Positions 12,358 to 26,895 are shown, numbered from the whole stretch's first letter. The stretch is DNA of 63,491 nt, filler included, from Choristocarpus tenellus KU-1152 (GCA_964200185.2; 6 parts of 6 records of this genome joined end to end with filler, not necessarily neighbours in it); one strand, 5' to 3'. Translations and numbers: made by a program. The notes: generated by a model not told the origin, from the sequence alone.

Positions 12358-15300
12358 GAATGAATAACACAACCTTCAAGTTGCTCAGACAAATGGCCAA
12401 AGACAGAACATAACTGAGAGCAGGAAAAGAAGACTATGTCTGACTGAACAAAGACAAGATATAAAAAGAAATGCAACGTAACACACAGACTGATATAAGT
12501 GAAACAAAACAAAAAAACTAGAACCTAGAATACAGCGAGAACAGAAAGTCCAGTAGGTAGGTGTACCAAACAATCAGTTCTTGTATGTACTGGTACCGAT
12601 ATGAAAGTCGAAATGCTTCCCCCCTCCCATTCAGTCTAAGCACTACAAAGCGACAGGAATTAAAAAAAAAAAACGGAAAAAAAGAAAACCAATTCAACCA
12701 CTGCAGATGACAGAAATCAGAACAATTTCCAATGAGGTGTGACGTTTCAACAACCCTTTCGTGCGGTGCCATTCGTACAATGGAACTTCTTGAATGCTCT
12801 CACTGCGCTGTTCGCACTACCCGAGAATTCTACTTGCAACTTCAAGCGGGTTTGTAGTGAAGGCGGAAGTCATATGATAAAGCTACTCCTGAGTTGGCCC
12901 ACTGTGTCGCATTTTGTTGTTTTTAGGGTGCAAAACCTTGCCGTCTATTGTCACAGACCCGGTGCCATAGCTGACGACTCTTTTTATTGGGACTCATCCG
13001 TATTAGGCCCAGTGCATTACCAACCTTTCTAGGTTTCTGGACAAGCCGATGTTGGGGTAAACCAGTTGGATGATGAAAAAATGTAATTGGCCCAATATTT
13101 TCCATCAGTCACAATAAACAACTTGACTCTAATGTGACCCCCCTCGAAAAGTGAATACAATCTGACAGATTTATCCAAAACCCTGTCGGGTTGTTGGTGC
13201 ACTAACGAGTTTTGACAGTGAAAAATATGTAAAAAATAATAAGGCTTCCAAGCGTAGAATTGGTCAATAAGCGTCAAGGAACCAGTTTGCCATACAACAG
13301 AAGAAAAAGAATGGAGACATACCGATTATTGCTTGCCACTCCCTGCCCCAAGTGGGGCATGTCAAGGTGATAAGGTCTCTAATATTAATTCGCTCCCACT
13401 TCCCGCATGTACAACACTCAGTGTCAACAAACATTATGTTAGCTAGAAACATAAAGACAAATTGGAAAGGAATGTCATCCTCCCTGGTGGTGGAGGGGTG
13501 ACACTATCCCCCAATATACAACAAACCACAGCGTATTTCCTACACGAAAATACCTTGGTACTGCAATTTTACTCACCATTTTCCTCCTTTCACCCCCATT
13601 TCCTCCAGAAAGGGGGGGGGGGCAAGCTTGGGAGAGATGAAGCTGTTTTTTATCGTGTTCAAAAAATAGCAACCTCAGACAATTTCAAATTGAAGGTTCT
13701 GTCTTCCATACTAGGGTGACTCTATCCCCATTTATGTTGAACACTCTGCAGCATTCTCACACAAGTATCCTGCCCCATTCCCAGCACCATACTTCATACG
13801 CCCACCTCCTCCTGCAACCATGCTTGAATCGATCTTTGTTCACTCAAGTCTTGCCACCTTAGACAGACTTGTGTGAGGAAGACCCTCATTCTTAGGCATT
13901 CAACATTTCAGCAAGTTCAACCCTGTCTAGCATCTTCCAGCATTCCTTACAAAAGGAATGCAACCCACCCTTCAATTGTGGGTAGTGGCACCGACCAATC
14001 ATGCAGCATGGCCTAATTACCTGTTACATATCGCCTCACCACCCTTGAACATACGTATGGTCCTGACCCTGGGTCCTGGGTACCACAAATTCTGGTGAGT
14101 AGCAGGGAAAAAACTCAACCAAACAAACCTTCTCCTGTGGGCAGTAATCTCTGCTAAATCAGCTACGCTTTCTGACCTGATACACCCCAGGTCATACTTT
14201 ACTGGCTTCAGTAGCAAGGAATATGGTCTGGTGTTGAGGACGATATGCTGGTTGTAAATGGACCACAATGAACACCCATTCCCGTTATTGAAAAATCTTG
14301 TTTTTCATATGTTACCAGGGAACCTCCTATGGTATTGTAACCAGTCCACACCAATCTATTGTATATTTTAGTGCTTGAAATCATCTACCAAATTTCACCT
14401 CGTTAGAGCCCTATTAAATTCAGCCATAAGTTACATTCATTCTGGTACATGATTATGTTCAGTTATCAGTTGAGAATATGGTTGCCAATCATAAGAAGCA
14501 TAAAAGTTGGGACCCATCATTTTCTCTTCATGAACCCTGTAACAGAGACACCCCTCCACATAAATCTTGTCGCTTGGCGACAACCCTATGGGTTTTAATC
14601 CATCATTTTCCATTCCAAGGATCAAAAAACTTCTTCACACAATGGTACCCTGATCCCACATACAACAGAATCTCAACAAATTAACTTACGCCATGCCCAT
14701 GCCAATGTGCTTCTAACAGGCACTAGGCAAGTAATTATTGAGTGCTTTCTTGTAATGAGGAGTTCTTTTTTCTCACATAGTTATAAACACACCACCTACA
14801 AAACTCAAAACATGGTTTCTTTAGACTGTTACATTTTGTCTCGATCCATATCTGACGGCAATACTCACAAATCAAGTGATTTAATTGAAAGCTAATAGTT
14901 TGGGTGGGTTGATAATTACTCCAGATATTACATTTGCAGACGCTGAAGGTCCTATCTGACCAGCTTTCTAGGAGGAATCTCATGATGGCCACCTTACACA
15001 CTCATTCAGCCTGTGGAAAAAGTTCTTCCAATCAACTACACACAGCTCATCACTTGAGAGGATTTCGGTTAATAAACTCACGTGTCTATGCAGTTGTTCA
15101 AAATGGTTTGGAAAGCTGTGAACAGCAAATCAGGTAGGCACAGGCAACCACTTCTTGTAACTATCCCTGAATCTACAGTTTAAAGATTTTTTTACTCTGT
15201 TCCTAAAATATAAGTAACAGGTCGCGCAAGGTCTTTTGTATCATAACTGTGTTCACAATTCTTGGAGGACCAGATCTACAACATAGAAGTGGTCCTGAAA

Positions 15301-15474
15301 ACCTGTACACTTATGTGGAGATGGGGGACACATAAAATGTACTCCAAAGTACATGTGCCACCCATGAAGGACGGTCTGATTTCATCAAATGCGGTTTCTC
15401 GTGAGGGGGGGGGGGGGGAAGGGGGAGAGAAAATAAATTTTCCAAAAAAGTAAATTCCCCCCATGGGCCCTTAC

Positions 15475-15574
15475 NNNNNNNNNNNNNNNNNNNNNNNNNN
15501 NNNNNNNNNNNNNNNNNNTTAATTAATTAANNNNNNNNNNNNNNNNNNNNNNNNNNNNNNNNNNNNNNNNNNNN
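15475..15574. other. Artificial contig spacer
   Basis: N44-TTAATTAATTAA-N44; the 12-mer puts stop codons in all six frames. Confidence 0.98.
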
Positions 15575-18200
15575 TTTATAGAGCCTTGTATGGGGAAATT
15601 GGATCCCGCATGAACATCCCAGCTTTTGGTACCCCTGGATACTACAAGTCTCATCCTGGACATAAGCTCGGGAGTCGTGGACAACAATGCATCATGGTTG
15701 GTATATCTGAAAACCAACCCTGTGGCACTTTCCACGTCCTGGACATCACTACAAATCGTGTCATTCAACGTGCTAACATCCATTGGCACCCCACAAAGGA
15801 TGGAAGAGTTCGTTTTCCAACCTCTGATTTCGACCGGGATAATGAAGACTTGGATGACAACCCTGGATACATCCTTCCTCCCCATGCGTGACGAAGGGCT
15901 ACTGACAATTTGGACAACAGTCCTGGATACATCCTCCCTCCACATGCTAGAAAACAGACTAGAGAAATCCAGGAGATGGGGGGTGAATGTGATCATAATG
16001 GGATCACCGGGATTGAAGGTGGACTAAGTGATGGTGAACTTGTGGAGGAGATGGTGGAAAACATTTTTAACGACGAAAATGATGGTGTTGATAATGGGAT
16101 GGATCAAACCCAGGACAACCAATGTGAAAGGGAACTACGACGACTCAGCATTGGAAATGGTGAAGACAACATCCTACCCCATCGCACCAGATCAGACAAT
16201 ACTTCCGCCAAAGCTGCTGTTTTTAATGTCAATTTTTTTATGACTTGTTTGTCTGTTTCAATAGAGACTACCCTTGTAATGTGTGCGAGTGATGATTCTA
16301 TCAGAGTGTTAGCTAATGAGCTCCCTCCAGAACCTAAGACTGTAAGAGCAGCACGTAGCTCTCCCGAATGTGATTTATGGGATCGAGCTAGAGCTGAAGA
16401 GATGTTTGGTTTGTTGTTGAATAAGGTTTGGGTAGAGGCTGTATTACCCCCTGGACGCAGAGCTATAGACACGAAATGGATTCACAAGCGTAAAATCAAC
16501 AAATTAGGTGAGGTAGTTAGACATAAGGCGCGTTTGATAGCAAAAGGTTTTCGACAGATTGAGGGTTTAGATTATCAACATACCTTTGCACCAACACCGT
16601 CCACTGCATCCTTGAGAATGATTTTAGCTTTGGCAGCTGACAGAGATTGGGAATTGAAACATTGGGACGTGAAACAGGCATTTATACAAGCTGACATCAG
16701 AGAAGAGATTTTTGTTCGTTTATGTGATGGATGTGGTGTATGGTCTGGAAAAACTGTACGTTTGATAAAAGCACTTTATGGTACCAAACAGGCAAGCAGA
16801 GAGTTCAATAATCTGTTGGTGCACGTTTTGGAAAAGTGTGGTTTTGAGCAATGTAGAGCAGACCCTTGTGTGTTACGCTATGTAAGAGATGGAGTTGTTT
16901 GTGCTGTGATAGCCCTCCACGTAGATGATCTATTGGTAGCTGGTAAAATTGATGTTTTGATTTGGGTTCGCTCTAGGATTAAAGAGCAGTTTTCCATAGA
17001 AGAGTTTGGTGATACTGAGTATTATATGGGTTGTGAGATTTCACGTGACAGAAATGCACATACTGTTACCATCAGTCAGACTAGGTACGTTAAGAGTGTT
17101 TGTCAAAGATTTGGTATGGATGGGGCAAAGAAGAGGTCGGTACCCCATGATCTCTCAAGGGCTCTAGACAAGAGTGAGAGTCATCCAAGTGTTGATAAAA
17201 GTGCACCGTACAGAGAGGCAGTTGGTAGTTTGATATGGGCATCTGTTATGACTAGGCTTGACATTGCAAATACAGTTCGTGAAGTTGCCAAGTACAGTAG
17301 CAATCCCAAAGTCACTCATTGGCGTGCAGTGAAATGTATTTTAGCATATTTGAATAAGTGTCCCAGTGTTGGATTGAGTTTTGGTGGTTTTGATACTGAG
17401 TGTGAGTTGAGTGCATATGCTGATGCTAGTTATGCTGGAGATTGGAATGATCGTAGGTCAGTGACTGGAGGAGCAATTACGTTTGCAGGAGGAGCAATAT
17501 CTTGGACATCAAAGTGCAAAGAGTTGTAGCTTTGTCTTCCACAGAGAGTGAATACATAGCACTTAGTAGTGTGGCACAGGAATTACTTTTCTTGAGGAGT
17601 GCTTTTGAGTTTATTCAGCCACAGTTTCCTAGGCGTTGCATTGATTTGTTTGAGGATAAGGTTGGTTCATGCAAACTAGTACGAAATGCCACAAGCTCTA
17701 CTAGAACAAAGCACATAGATGTCCGACATCATTTTTTAAGGGATTTATCTAGAAAAGGAGAATTTCGTGTTGTTTTTGTTGGTACAGCAAACCAGAGGGA
17801 AGATGTCTTGACCAAGAATTTGCCAGTTCGAGTTCTTAGACAACATGTGAAGTTTTTGATGAAGATGTGACACAATGTTTGTTTTTGATTTTGATTTTGA
17901 TTTTTTATTGTTTGAGAATTAGTACTTGTTTTCAGCAAGGGGAGGATGTCGAATAACCTAGTGTTATCCTTACATTGTTTGTGCTGACACAAGTATACAA
18001 TATAGGTTATACGTACGTTTAGATTTGGTTAGGTATGATACAGAATACGTACGTATATAAAATATAATAAGTCAACTTCAATCCACACGTCAATGATGAT
18101 GGATGGTTGACAGGCAATTAATAATTCAGTCTGTGCTTTACAAAGTAATTCAACAGCTAGCTTCCGGCGACGAGCCTCATGTGCGCCAAGCTTCTCAACA
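15575..18200 (+). mobile_element. Ty1/Copia LTR retrotransposon A, 3' half: integrase tail, RT, RNase H, PPT and 3' LTR (17947-18200)
   Basis: Motifs FGTPGYY...KLGSRGQQCIMVG; RHKARLIAKGFRQIEGLDY; WDVKQAF; KALYGTKQA; LHVDDLL; YADASYAGD...RRSVTG; VALSSTESEY; RTKHIDVRHHF. PPT AAGGGGAGGA at 17937-17946, then TGTCGA...TCAACA. In-frame TGA at 15889 and a 1-bp frameshift near 17512. Confidence 0.95.
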
Positions 18201-19449
18201 GAGTGGAGTATCAGTGACTTCGATGCCTGTATGTACGTGAAGAGGAGCGAGGATGGTTGGATTGCTATCCTCTTCCACTCTGTGGATGACATCTCGTTGA
18301 CCGGAAACTTCGATGAGGAAATAAAGTGGATGAGGACCAGTCTGCTCGCCAAGTACAAGGGATGGGACGTCAGAACCCAAGACAAGTTAATCGGGGTGGC
18401 AATCAGCGGGGCGAGGCTGGCATCACACTGGACCAGCGTTTCTATGCAGAGAGCATTGTTTGCGAGGGAATGGGATCGACAGAGGTACGGAATACCTCAT
18501 CACGCTTGAATCCGGGAATGAACCTGCCCCCGAGGAGAACTGACGAGGAGGAGATGGACAAGAGGTACAGACATTACTGCACCATTTTGGAGAAACTCAT
18601 GTTCCTAGCTGGCATGACGCGACTAGACCTGTCCAACAGCGTGCGGAGGCTGGGAAGATATGCCTCATCTCCATGCAACCGACACTGGAAAGGCTGCAAC
18701 GTGTTCTACGATACATTGCAAGCAACATAAAAGTAGGGATACACTATCCTGCCAGTGGTAAATTGGACAACGGGGGTTTGGTCGGATACGGAGACTCAGA
18801 CTGGGACAATGACACTGCATCAAGGCGGAGCGTGACAGGGTATCTAATACTCATGAATGGAGCACCTGTTGCAAGGAAATCAATGATGCAAGGAGCTGTA
18901 ACCACATCTTCCTTAGAAGCAGAATGGACAGTGATGGTACACGGAATGAGACAGGCAATATCTCCCAGAGGAGTCCTGGGGAAGCTTGGCATACCCCAAG
19001 GGGTTACAACTTGGTACGGGGACAACTGAGGCACAATCCAAGCAGGGATAACTGAGGGGTTCAATGGAAGAACGAAACGTGTGGACGTAGAGCTGAAATG
19101 CACAAGGGAGTATGTAAGCAACGGTATTTTTACAGTGAAGCATGTAACTACTGCATTACAACTTGCTGACATCTTAACAAAGAGATTACGAAAGAAGCAG
19201 GTAGAAGACTTCATAGACACTGTGCTGATAAGATGAATGCAGTGTGCGAGAGTTGAAGCAATCTGTGTTCTTATACTTCCACTCTCGTGGGGAGAGTGCA
19301 GGACGTGACAATCGTAAGGTGTACCCCGTTTTGTGTATGTGAGATTATAGCATTAGATTGAATGCATATGATGTAACTAAAGAGATACTACGCAGTAGTA
19401 CATCCCGATTACATACGGAGTTTGGCATTGCATTTGAACTACTCTGACA
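18201..19449 (+). mobile_element. Ty1/Copia LTR retrotransposon B, decayed: RT 3' part, RNase H, PPT and probable 3' LTR (19297-19449)
   Basis: Fragments DACMYVKR...HSVDDI, MTRLDLSNSVR, GYGDSDW...RRSVTGY, VTTSSLEAEW, RTKRVDV and QLADILTK across several frameshifts. PPT GGGGAGAG, then TGCAGGA...TCTGACA. Confidence 0.88.
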
Positions 19450-21149
19450 TAGCCGTTGACTTATGCATGAGACACAAATAGCAACAAAAAACAAGCAACA
19501 AGAAGACACCCCGCAAGGTCACTCTTCTAATTTCATCCTCCCATCCTTTCACGTTCGGCAGGGGGGGTCGTGTGAGGCTCCACACCTTCTTGTCTTCACT
19601 ACTGATCAAATAGTAATACTTTCCTAAGTTTTTTACACACCCCCGAGGTAAATAAACTCATTAAGACTTGTTATAGGTCTGATCAAAGGCACGGATCTGC
19701 GTTGTGATTGCAGCCTGGCTAGGGGGTCCAAGATACATGCTTTCTGTCCTTAGCTCAGACACGGCCAAGCCAAACGCCGTCCCGACCTTCACAGTCCCGA
19801 CCATCATCAAGGATATAAAAGTGCTCACTCGTAATAGTAAATGATAAGATTTTTGGCAACAAGAAAAGAAGGGCAGATGGATATGAAAGCACAGAGCTTG
19901 GATACCTTCGTCTCTTTTTCAATAGAAAATACATCCAACGTTTTTATAGGAAGAGTACCTGTGCCCCATAAATCTCTTTGCCTCTTGCTGCAAACGTCTA
20001 GCCTCCCTTCAAGCCCAGCTCGAAATCGTTGGAGTTCGATTGCTTACTCCTTTCAGTCCTCGTTCAAGAGCTGCCCCCCTTCCACCAAGTTAACAGTGGA
20101 CGTCGGAAACAGCATCCCGCTGCTGCCAGCAACCACCCTACGCACGTTTGAGTGTTTCCAATGCGAATCCTCTCCCCACCTGTTTCACTCACTCCCTCTC
20201 GAAAATTAGAAAAATCGCTTCGAAGCAAGCAGTTTTTCTACTTTTCATTGGACGAGCGTACACTCCCGTTTGCTTGGAGTGTAGTTAAACTTTGTCAAAC
20301 TTGCGGTGGTAGCAAGAAAAGAAGACCGAGTTTTGTAAGACTTGATGCGTTCGCTTGGCCGTTAGAGAATCCGCCGGTTACAAGACGGTTACTCTAACAG
20401 CAATCAGTGTGACAAATTCTCTGATCTATTTTTCTGTAAAGGTTTTTCGGAGATCCAGTAGATAACTCAGAATTCTTGCTTGGCGAAGGGCAAAATCCTC
20501 TCTCAAGTCAAGTCAAGTAGATGATTATTCGGTGCATCTCCTCAAAAGCAGAGCATAGAAGAATCAGAAATCAGAAGATGCTTCAAAGATTCGGAACGAG
20601 CTCATTCCTTGCCTATTCACGACAGGTACTGCCCCACAAGAATCCATAGTTCTCTCTCCGTACATTCTGTACGTCTGAGATACATATGTGGAGGATATGA
20701 TCAGAACTGAGAAGATGCTTCAAATCTTCGAACGGCTTTCGATGGCTCTTCACAACGAATATAGCCCCTTCAAGAGTAGAATTCCTATACAACACAAAGT
20801 AGAGTGTATGTTGTCCATCAAAATGTGTGGAGTATATGATAATCAGAAGAATGCGAACATACTTCCAATAGTGAAAAGGAACACTTTGCCTCTTCGCACC
20901 AATATCCAGGATAAATATTGATTTTCTATGCGTCGATTCGTTGACCACTGAAAAGTAGTTTCACAATCACACATCTACCTCCAATCGTCCCTCCCCCTTC
21001 ACCCCACTCGGCCATTCTCGAACGCTCTTGCCTTGGTGTCAACCACCGAATAGCCTCTGGCCTAACCTCACGCTTCTCGTCAAGGCTAACCAACCAAGGT
21101 TCGTAGAGGAAAGTCAGGGTCACCCCACATTTTCATCGTCGCCTCCTCG

Positions 21150-22420
21150 CTCCACACCGCCATCGTCTTCTATGTGCCGTAAACACACCTTGGGCTTATC
21201 TACCCTACCTGTCCAGACCTTACCGCTTCGCCTGATGGCGTCACAGTTCCTGTCGTTGGAGTACGAGCAGTGTGCTCAAGTGCTTTTAAAAGTCAGTGGC
21301 AGTGAACCGTACCTCACAGGACTTGCCCTCACTCCTCTTGCTTGCGTAACGTCAAGTCATCTTCTTATCTCGCCCGTCTTGTCATAACCCTCGTCTTCCT
21401 CCCGAGAGTAGACTATCAAGGTGCACTACTGAGGGTTCACCAATATTTCGATGCGCTTCACTGGACTCTTTGCGTTTCTTCTCTTCTATGCAATATGGGT
21501 GTTAAGCCCATTTCGCGTCAATTTCTTTGACTCTCCTCTTCCCTTTGGAGTCACATCGATGGGTGCATCAGCAGTCATCGGCGGCGAGCTAGGTGAGTCT
21601 CGCGCTGGTGGCATCTCAGGATTAGGTAACCATCCATCGGCACATTCGTCGACAAACCATCTGGCTTGCGGTCACTCCACAGATCGATGTTCTTCGTGAA
21701 CTGCGTACCAAGAGCGACAATACAATTTCAGCTCCCTTGAGCAGATCTCTTACAAGTTCACCGACTCCTCCCCACATTCGTGCCCTCCCGACAGGTTTCC
21801 TAGCTTCGAAACAGATTTACCCGTCTGTTTGCTCCCCACTTCAGGAACCATCCCGATCCCCCTACAAATTCTTATCGAGAATTCGGCTAAACCTCGTGAA
21901 ACGGTTCTCCACAAGGAAGAAGGGAACCACCAGTCAACAGCAAACACTCGCCAGTTTATCGACTCCTACTTCTGTAGGCTGCATCTGCCCTCGAGAGGAC
22001 GCAGCCTTTCGCCTCGAACAAGCCATCTGGCTCGCCATGGCGGCCCTTGCATACACAGTGTTTTGGTTCCATTCGATGCTATGGCTGAATAACCTATTGC
22101 TTGCCTTTGGGAGCAAAAGATGGCGACCTCGGAGGTTGAAGAGCAGAAATAGAGGATACAGATGGTTTTCGAAAACCGAAATCTATTTAACCATGCAGTG
22201 GATCACTTCACTGATGTGGCTAGGTCGGCCCGCTTTCAACGTATATGCCAACAGTGGACAAACCCATACCTTAGTGAAGGACTGAGGTGCACTCAGGGTT
22301 CTGTGATGGCATTGTGGACACCTGCTTTCGTATGGATTACGCTGCCTCAAAGGGTTGTGAAAGAAGCATGGGGGGTGAGACTCCCCCCTTGGCAGATGTT
22401 GTAGGCGTGGTGCCTGCTTA
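21150..22420 (+). mobile_element. Possible heavily decayed retroelement coding remnant
   Basis: Protein-like fragments in shifting frames (DGVTVPVVG, VITLVFLPRVDY, DSPLPFGVTSMG, Cys-containing end) loosely resemble a LINE post-RT region. No catalytic motif seen. Confidence 0.3.
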
Positions 22421-23020
22421 CATCCTCTCATTGTCCATTTTTGAATGCAGTATGAATTGTACATGTGGCACGTGCCTCGACATGATTTGTGTTGTCTTCC
22501 CTTGGCAGAATATTGTCCCACCTGTAGGTTGATGTATTGTAGTTGAAAGGCAAAAGGCAGCAGGAAGAGGGTGTATTTGGGTAATGCTTGCTCGGAGCTT
22601 GACTGCCAACTTCTTCTGTTGTGAGGAACGGTCACAATGCGTCTTTCTGGCGATCCTGTGCAGTGCTCGAGAGATCGAGACCTGTGCGCAACCATGAAGA
22701 TTCCCCTTGTTCTGAATATTGTTGTTAAAATGTTGTGCGTGTTGTGTTGTGTTTGGAGTAGATGACAAGGTATTTGTGGATTGGGTGTGGTGGTGGTTGA
22801 TAGAAAGTGCTACTAACAGTGGATGCTACTAGCTGAGAAAACCCACTATGCCCTCTTCTTGTGACTCAAGGTATCTGGGAGTGTGTGTGGCGACTGTCCA
22901 TTTGGGGTCAACGTTTCCATGTCACAATTTTGGTGTGACTTGCTTCCATGTGTTGGATAGATCATGTAAGTGCACATTTCCTGGGCAGGGTCCAAATGGA
23001 CCCCTGGTGTAGACCCCACC

Positions 23021-23120
23021 NNNNNNNNNNNNNNNNNNNNNNNNNNNNNNNNNNNNNNNNNNNNTTAATTAATTAANNNNNNNNNNNNNNNNNNNNNNNN
23101 NNNNNNNNNNNNNNNNNNNN
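23021..23120. other. Artificial contig spacer
   Basis: N44-TTAATTAATTAA-N44. Confidence 0.98.
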
Positions 23121-23356
23121 CCCCCTGAACCACATTATTCTCAATGACATCATGGCTAACAGGAAGAGAAGGACCGTAGTAGGGGGTAAAGTGCACCAGT
23201 GGGAGCATCTGGATAAGGTACAAGTACACCATGGTTGAAACATGGCACAAGTTAATACTGTCTGCTCTTATCCGTAACACACCGAGCAATATCACCATAG
23301 AAGGTATCACAAAGGCCTAGTATACCTTGCATCACCATCAGCAATATCTATCTCAC

Positions 23357-26276
23357 CTGCCAAGGACAGTATGGAACAGACTAACAGCACAACTGCAACC
23401 CCCCAAGCCTCCGCCGCCGGCTGGAAAAGAAGACTCCCCACCAAGGCACCGAATTTCCCTGCATCAATAATAGGAATATTAGGGGTTGCACTTATTATAT
23501 ATATATAAATATTCAGCTACTGTATACATTTCAACAGGAGAGAGCAGTGGAGATGGGAATCTGATGAAATGAGGACACCCTTGGATAGAACTTGAGGGCC
23601 ATGACCCTAACACTAAAGCTAAGGCCTTCCTCCAGCTTTGGTAGTTGGGATTCGTACATTATGTTTACAACGAGTACAGGTTACAAGACATTGCTCTTTG
23701 GCATTTTTTTTTTAAATACTATACTGTGCACAGTACCATTGCGCACGCCTCTTCAGTACTTCTCAGGTCAAGGCTTAGGGTTACAAAGACACCCTTCAGA
23801 AGACCTAAAATATACCTCAAATTGTCACAAACAGTAGGGTACATGTCACCTAGGTATAGCCACTCATGAGCAGGAAAAACAACATCATCAGCAATCATTT
23901 CTCCATCATTGTGCAGACCTGCAACAAGTTACACCAAACACACCATCTACAAGATAGGATAGTGCTGCAGAGAGGTATTTCTTCACACACCTGCTGCCGC
24001 CGACAAACCATTCAGGGAGCCCCTGAACTCTTCTGGGAAGGTCAGGGACGGGAGCATGAATGTCGTAGAGTTGGGCCCAAAGTTACTGAAGAAGAAAGTC
24101 AAGCTGGGATGGAAATCCATCAGAACAGCATGGTTTAAACAGGGGTTTGAAGAGTTAGCTATGATGGGACATGCTACTTCTGTCTCTAGTGTACTACAGA
24201 CATAACTAGAGGTGTTGTGTGATGGTGTTAAACTCTAAACCTGCCCTTTGCAACCTTGTCGTCTTTTGTCAAGGTCTCACAAAAGATCAATTAAACATAC
24301 CATAATTCTACTGTCATAAACAGTTGTAGACATAGAGATACCTGGGCGGAATAACACTGCACTCCTTCAACTTGGGAAGGTGACACATCACCCTTACACT
24401 ACATTACACCAAGCCATCACCTGTAAATGGCCATCAAGGGTACAGCTTGATGGCGAAGTGATTGATAAGCAACCCCCATCACACCAAACAGCACTGCCAT
24501 GGCCAAAAACCCTTGCACCTGCCATCAAAACAACCGCACATCATGGATTGGAATTTCCCAGGAGGGAACAAGGCATGAGCCCGGCGTCAGGAGAACTGTG
24601 GACACAAAAGTTCAACCTGCACACCACAATCTCCCAGGTGGTCAATATACTTACCTGCATTCGTCGTGGTCCCATGGTCTGGATGAATGCTACTGCAACA
24701 AAGTACCCTGGAACTGCGGCGAGAGCAAGTACCAAGTCCTGCCATGCCACGTCAACAAGACCCTCCCTGGACCCGAAGGCAGACTCAAGGACATCACCCT
24801 GGTAGAGCGCATTCCCATAAAATGTGATGTCGAACAGGAACCAAGAACCAGCAGTTCCCATGAGCATCGACAACAAGGATTTGTTGCAGAGAGCAAAGCA
24901 GAGGCGAGATACCTTACTATTACCATCACCAGCAATTGATGACTGCTCACACATGGTGGGGTGTGGCTGTCTCGGGGAGCTCCATCTCTCCTCGTTTGAA
25001 CCCCAGACCAGAACCGAGCCTGAGTCATGGGTAGGTCCGTAGCGACCATTGCGACCGTTATGTTCCTCCCCTTGCTGACGGTCAAACCTCGCCGATGAAA
25101 CCAGCATTACAACAACCACCAAAGGAGGTAACGCTCCCAGCCCCAGCAACAGTCTCCAAGCCAGGTCGAGGTGACTTGGAAATAGGGAGAGAAGCAGAAA
25201 CCCAGTGGCATGCGCACATAGGTATCCAATTCCTTGCATGGAGAATACAAGGGCCACGGCAACAGCGCTATTTGCATTCACCTCATCATCGTCAACTTCC
25301 ATGCCCTCGCTTAACCTTGTTCGTCCATGGTAGCCCATTAGACACTTGGCTGGCAACCAATACCATAGATCCATGTGCTCCAACTTGCTCTCTCGAGCAA
25401 GAGTTGCAGCCAGAGGGTACACACCACCAACACCCACCCCTAGCAGAATCCTCCACAAAATTAACTGGTGGAATATATCAGGAGTGTTGCTCCCCTTGTA
25501 ATCGAAGGTTAGCAGAGCACTGCCAGTTGCCCCCACGATACATACAACAAGAGTATATAAGAGAGCGCGCTTGCGACCAAGGTAATCTCCAAACGCACCG
25601 AAGACCACCTGACCCGCCATCATTCCTGCCACGATTCCTGCTGAACCGAGACTCTCGTCTGCTACACTCTCGGGATAAAGATGTCCCATTACCTTGAGCA
25701 CAAGGCTAATGTTGACCTGTAGAAAGATACAGCAGGGAAATTAGTGGGAGATTGGAATACCAGGAGTCGAGTGCAGGATTCTGATTCGCTCAGTAACTAC
25801 TTACGAACTGGTTTAATAGTGTTTCAGTCCTCAGATACAGGCATGTCTGAGAGAGGAGCTCGATCAAACCGCCATAACGCTTTTAGCGGGGAGAACAATC
25901 ATCTACCTCAACAGAAGCATAGAGTTTTCGAAAAGGAAAACCCTCATCGTACATGGTATAACCATATGTCCAGCGGTTATTGCAGGCAAACACAAAAATA
26001 ACGTTCATCAAACATAGGTTGATACCATCAACTCACCACATTGAACGATATCGCCAGATTGGCAAGAGATGCAATTAAGACGTTCCATCGCCCACTATTG
26101 CTCTCGGAGCCTCCCTGAACCGCCATAGTTCGTGTGTGGAGCGTCCTCCCACGTTCAGAACCCTCCCCCGTCTGGAAATCATCTACACCTCCTGAGTTCA
26201 CATCACCACTCCACACAACCACTTCTTCTTCTCCCACAGCCCCCCATTCATCATCGTCCTCCCCATGGGATGCCAT
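23357..26276 (-). CDS. MFS inorganic phosphate transporter, PHO84/PHT1-like; exons 26276-26037, 25716-24655, 24518-24421, 24103-23991, 23458-23357; last exon unresolved near the contig end
   Basis: Motifs [65 protein letters not shown] and GLSAAAGKFGA. All junctions are GT-AG and phase-consistent. Confidence 0.92.
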
Positions 26277-26895
26277 TAAGGCCTTGACGCCGTTTCGCAA
26301 GTTGATAAAGTAACTAGATAGGAACATTACCATAGCAAATATCCATTCTCTGAACATGCATTGAATGGCGTCGGTCGATTTTGAAATCAGAAATCAAGGT
26401 CTGTTGTTCCCCCTTTTACAATCAGGAAATAACACTGTTCCAAAAAAGCAAGAAGGGCTCCATAGGAAAGGGGTTTGGACTGATACCTGTGAGAAATAAG
26501 GTCTATCCTTGTAACTTCCTCCTATGTGCGGGTGAATTAGTACCTTCTAACCTTCTAACTCGCTAAATTCGCACCTCTGCTTTAAGTGTTACTCTTACCA
26601 CTGCGCACAATCACATTTTTCGAATCGAACTCAAGCACAGGTGACATTCTATATATTTTATCCTCCTCTAGTTGATTTGATTAGAGAGACTAGCAGCAGT
26701 GTCTGGGATACTCCCACTGAGTTGGCTCCCTCGTATGTCTAATACCTCGTTTGCTCGCCAAATATTTCAAATTGTCACACATCCACTAATGCTACCGACC
26801 ATGCCTCACTTTGTTCCTTACACGCATTGTAAACTTCCTGAAGTTGGACGACGACTTATTGGGAGGAATTTAAGTGCAGGAGTTCCGCCAACAAA

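Noticed and set aside
17502-17529. Programmed frameshift in Copia pol
   Set aside because: It falls inside RNase H, where Copia elements are continuous; a 1-bp deletion or sequencing error is simpler.
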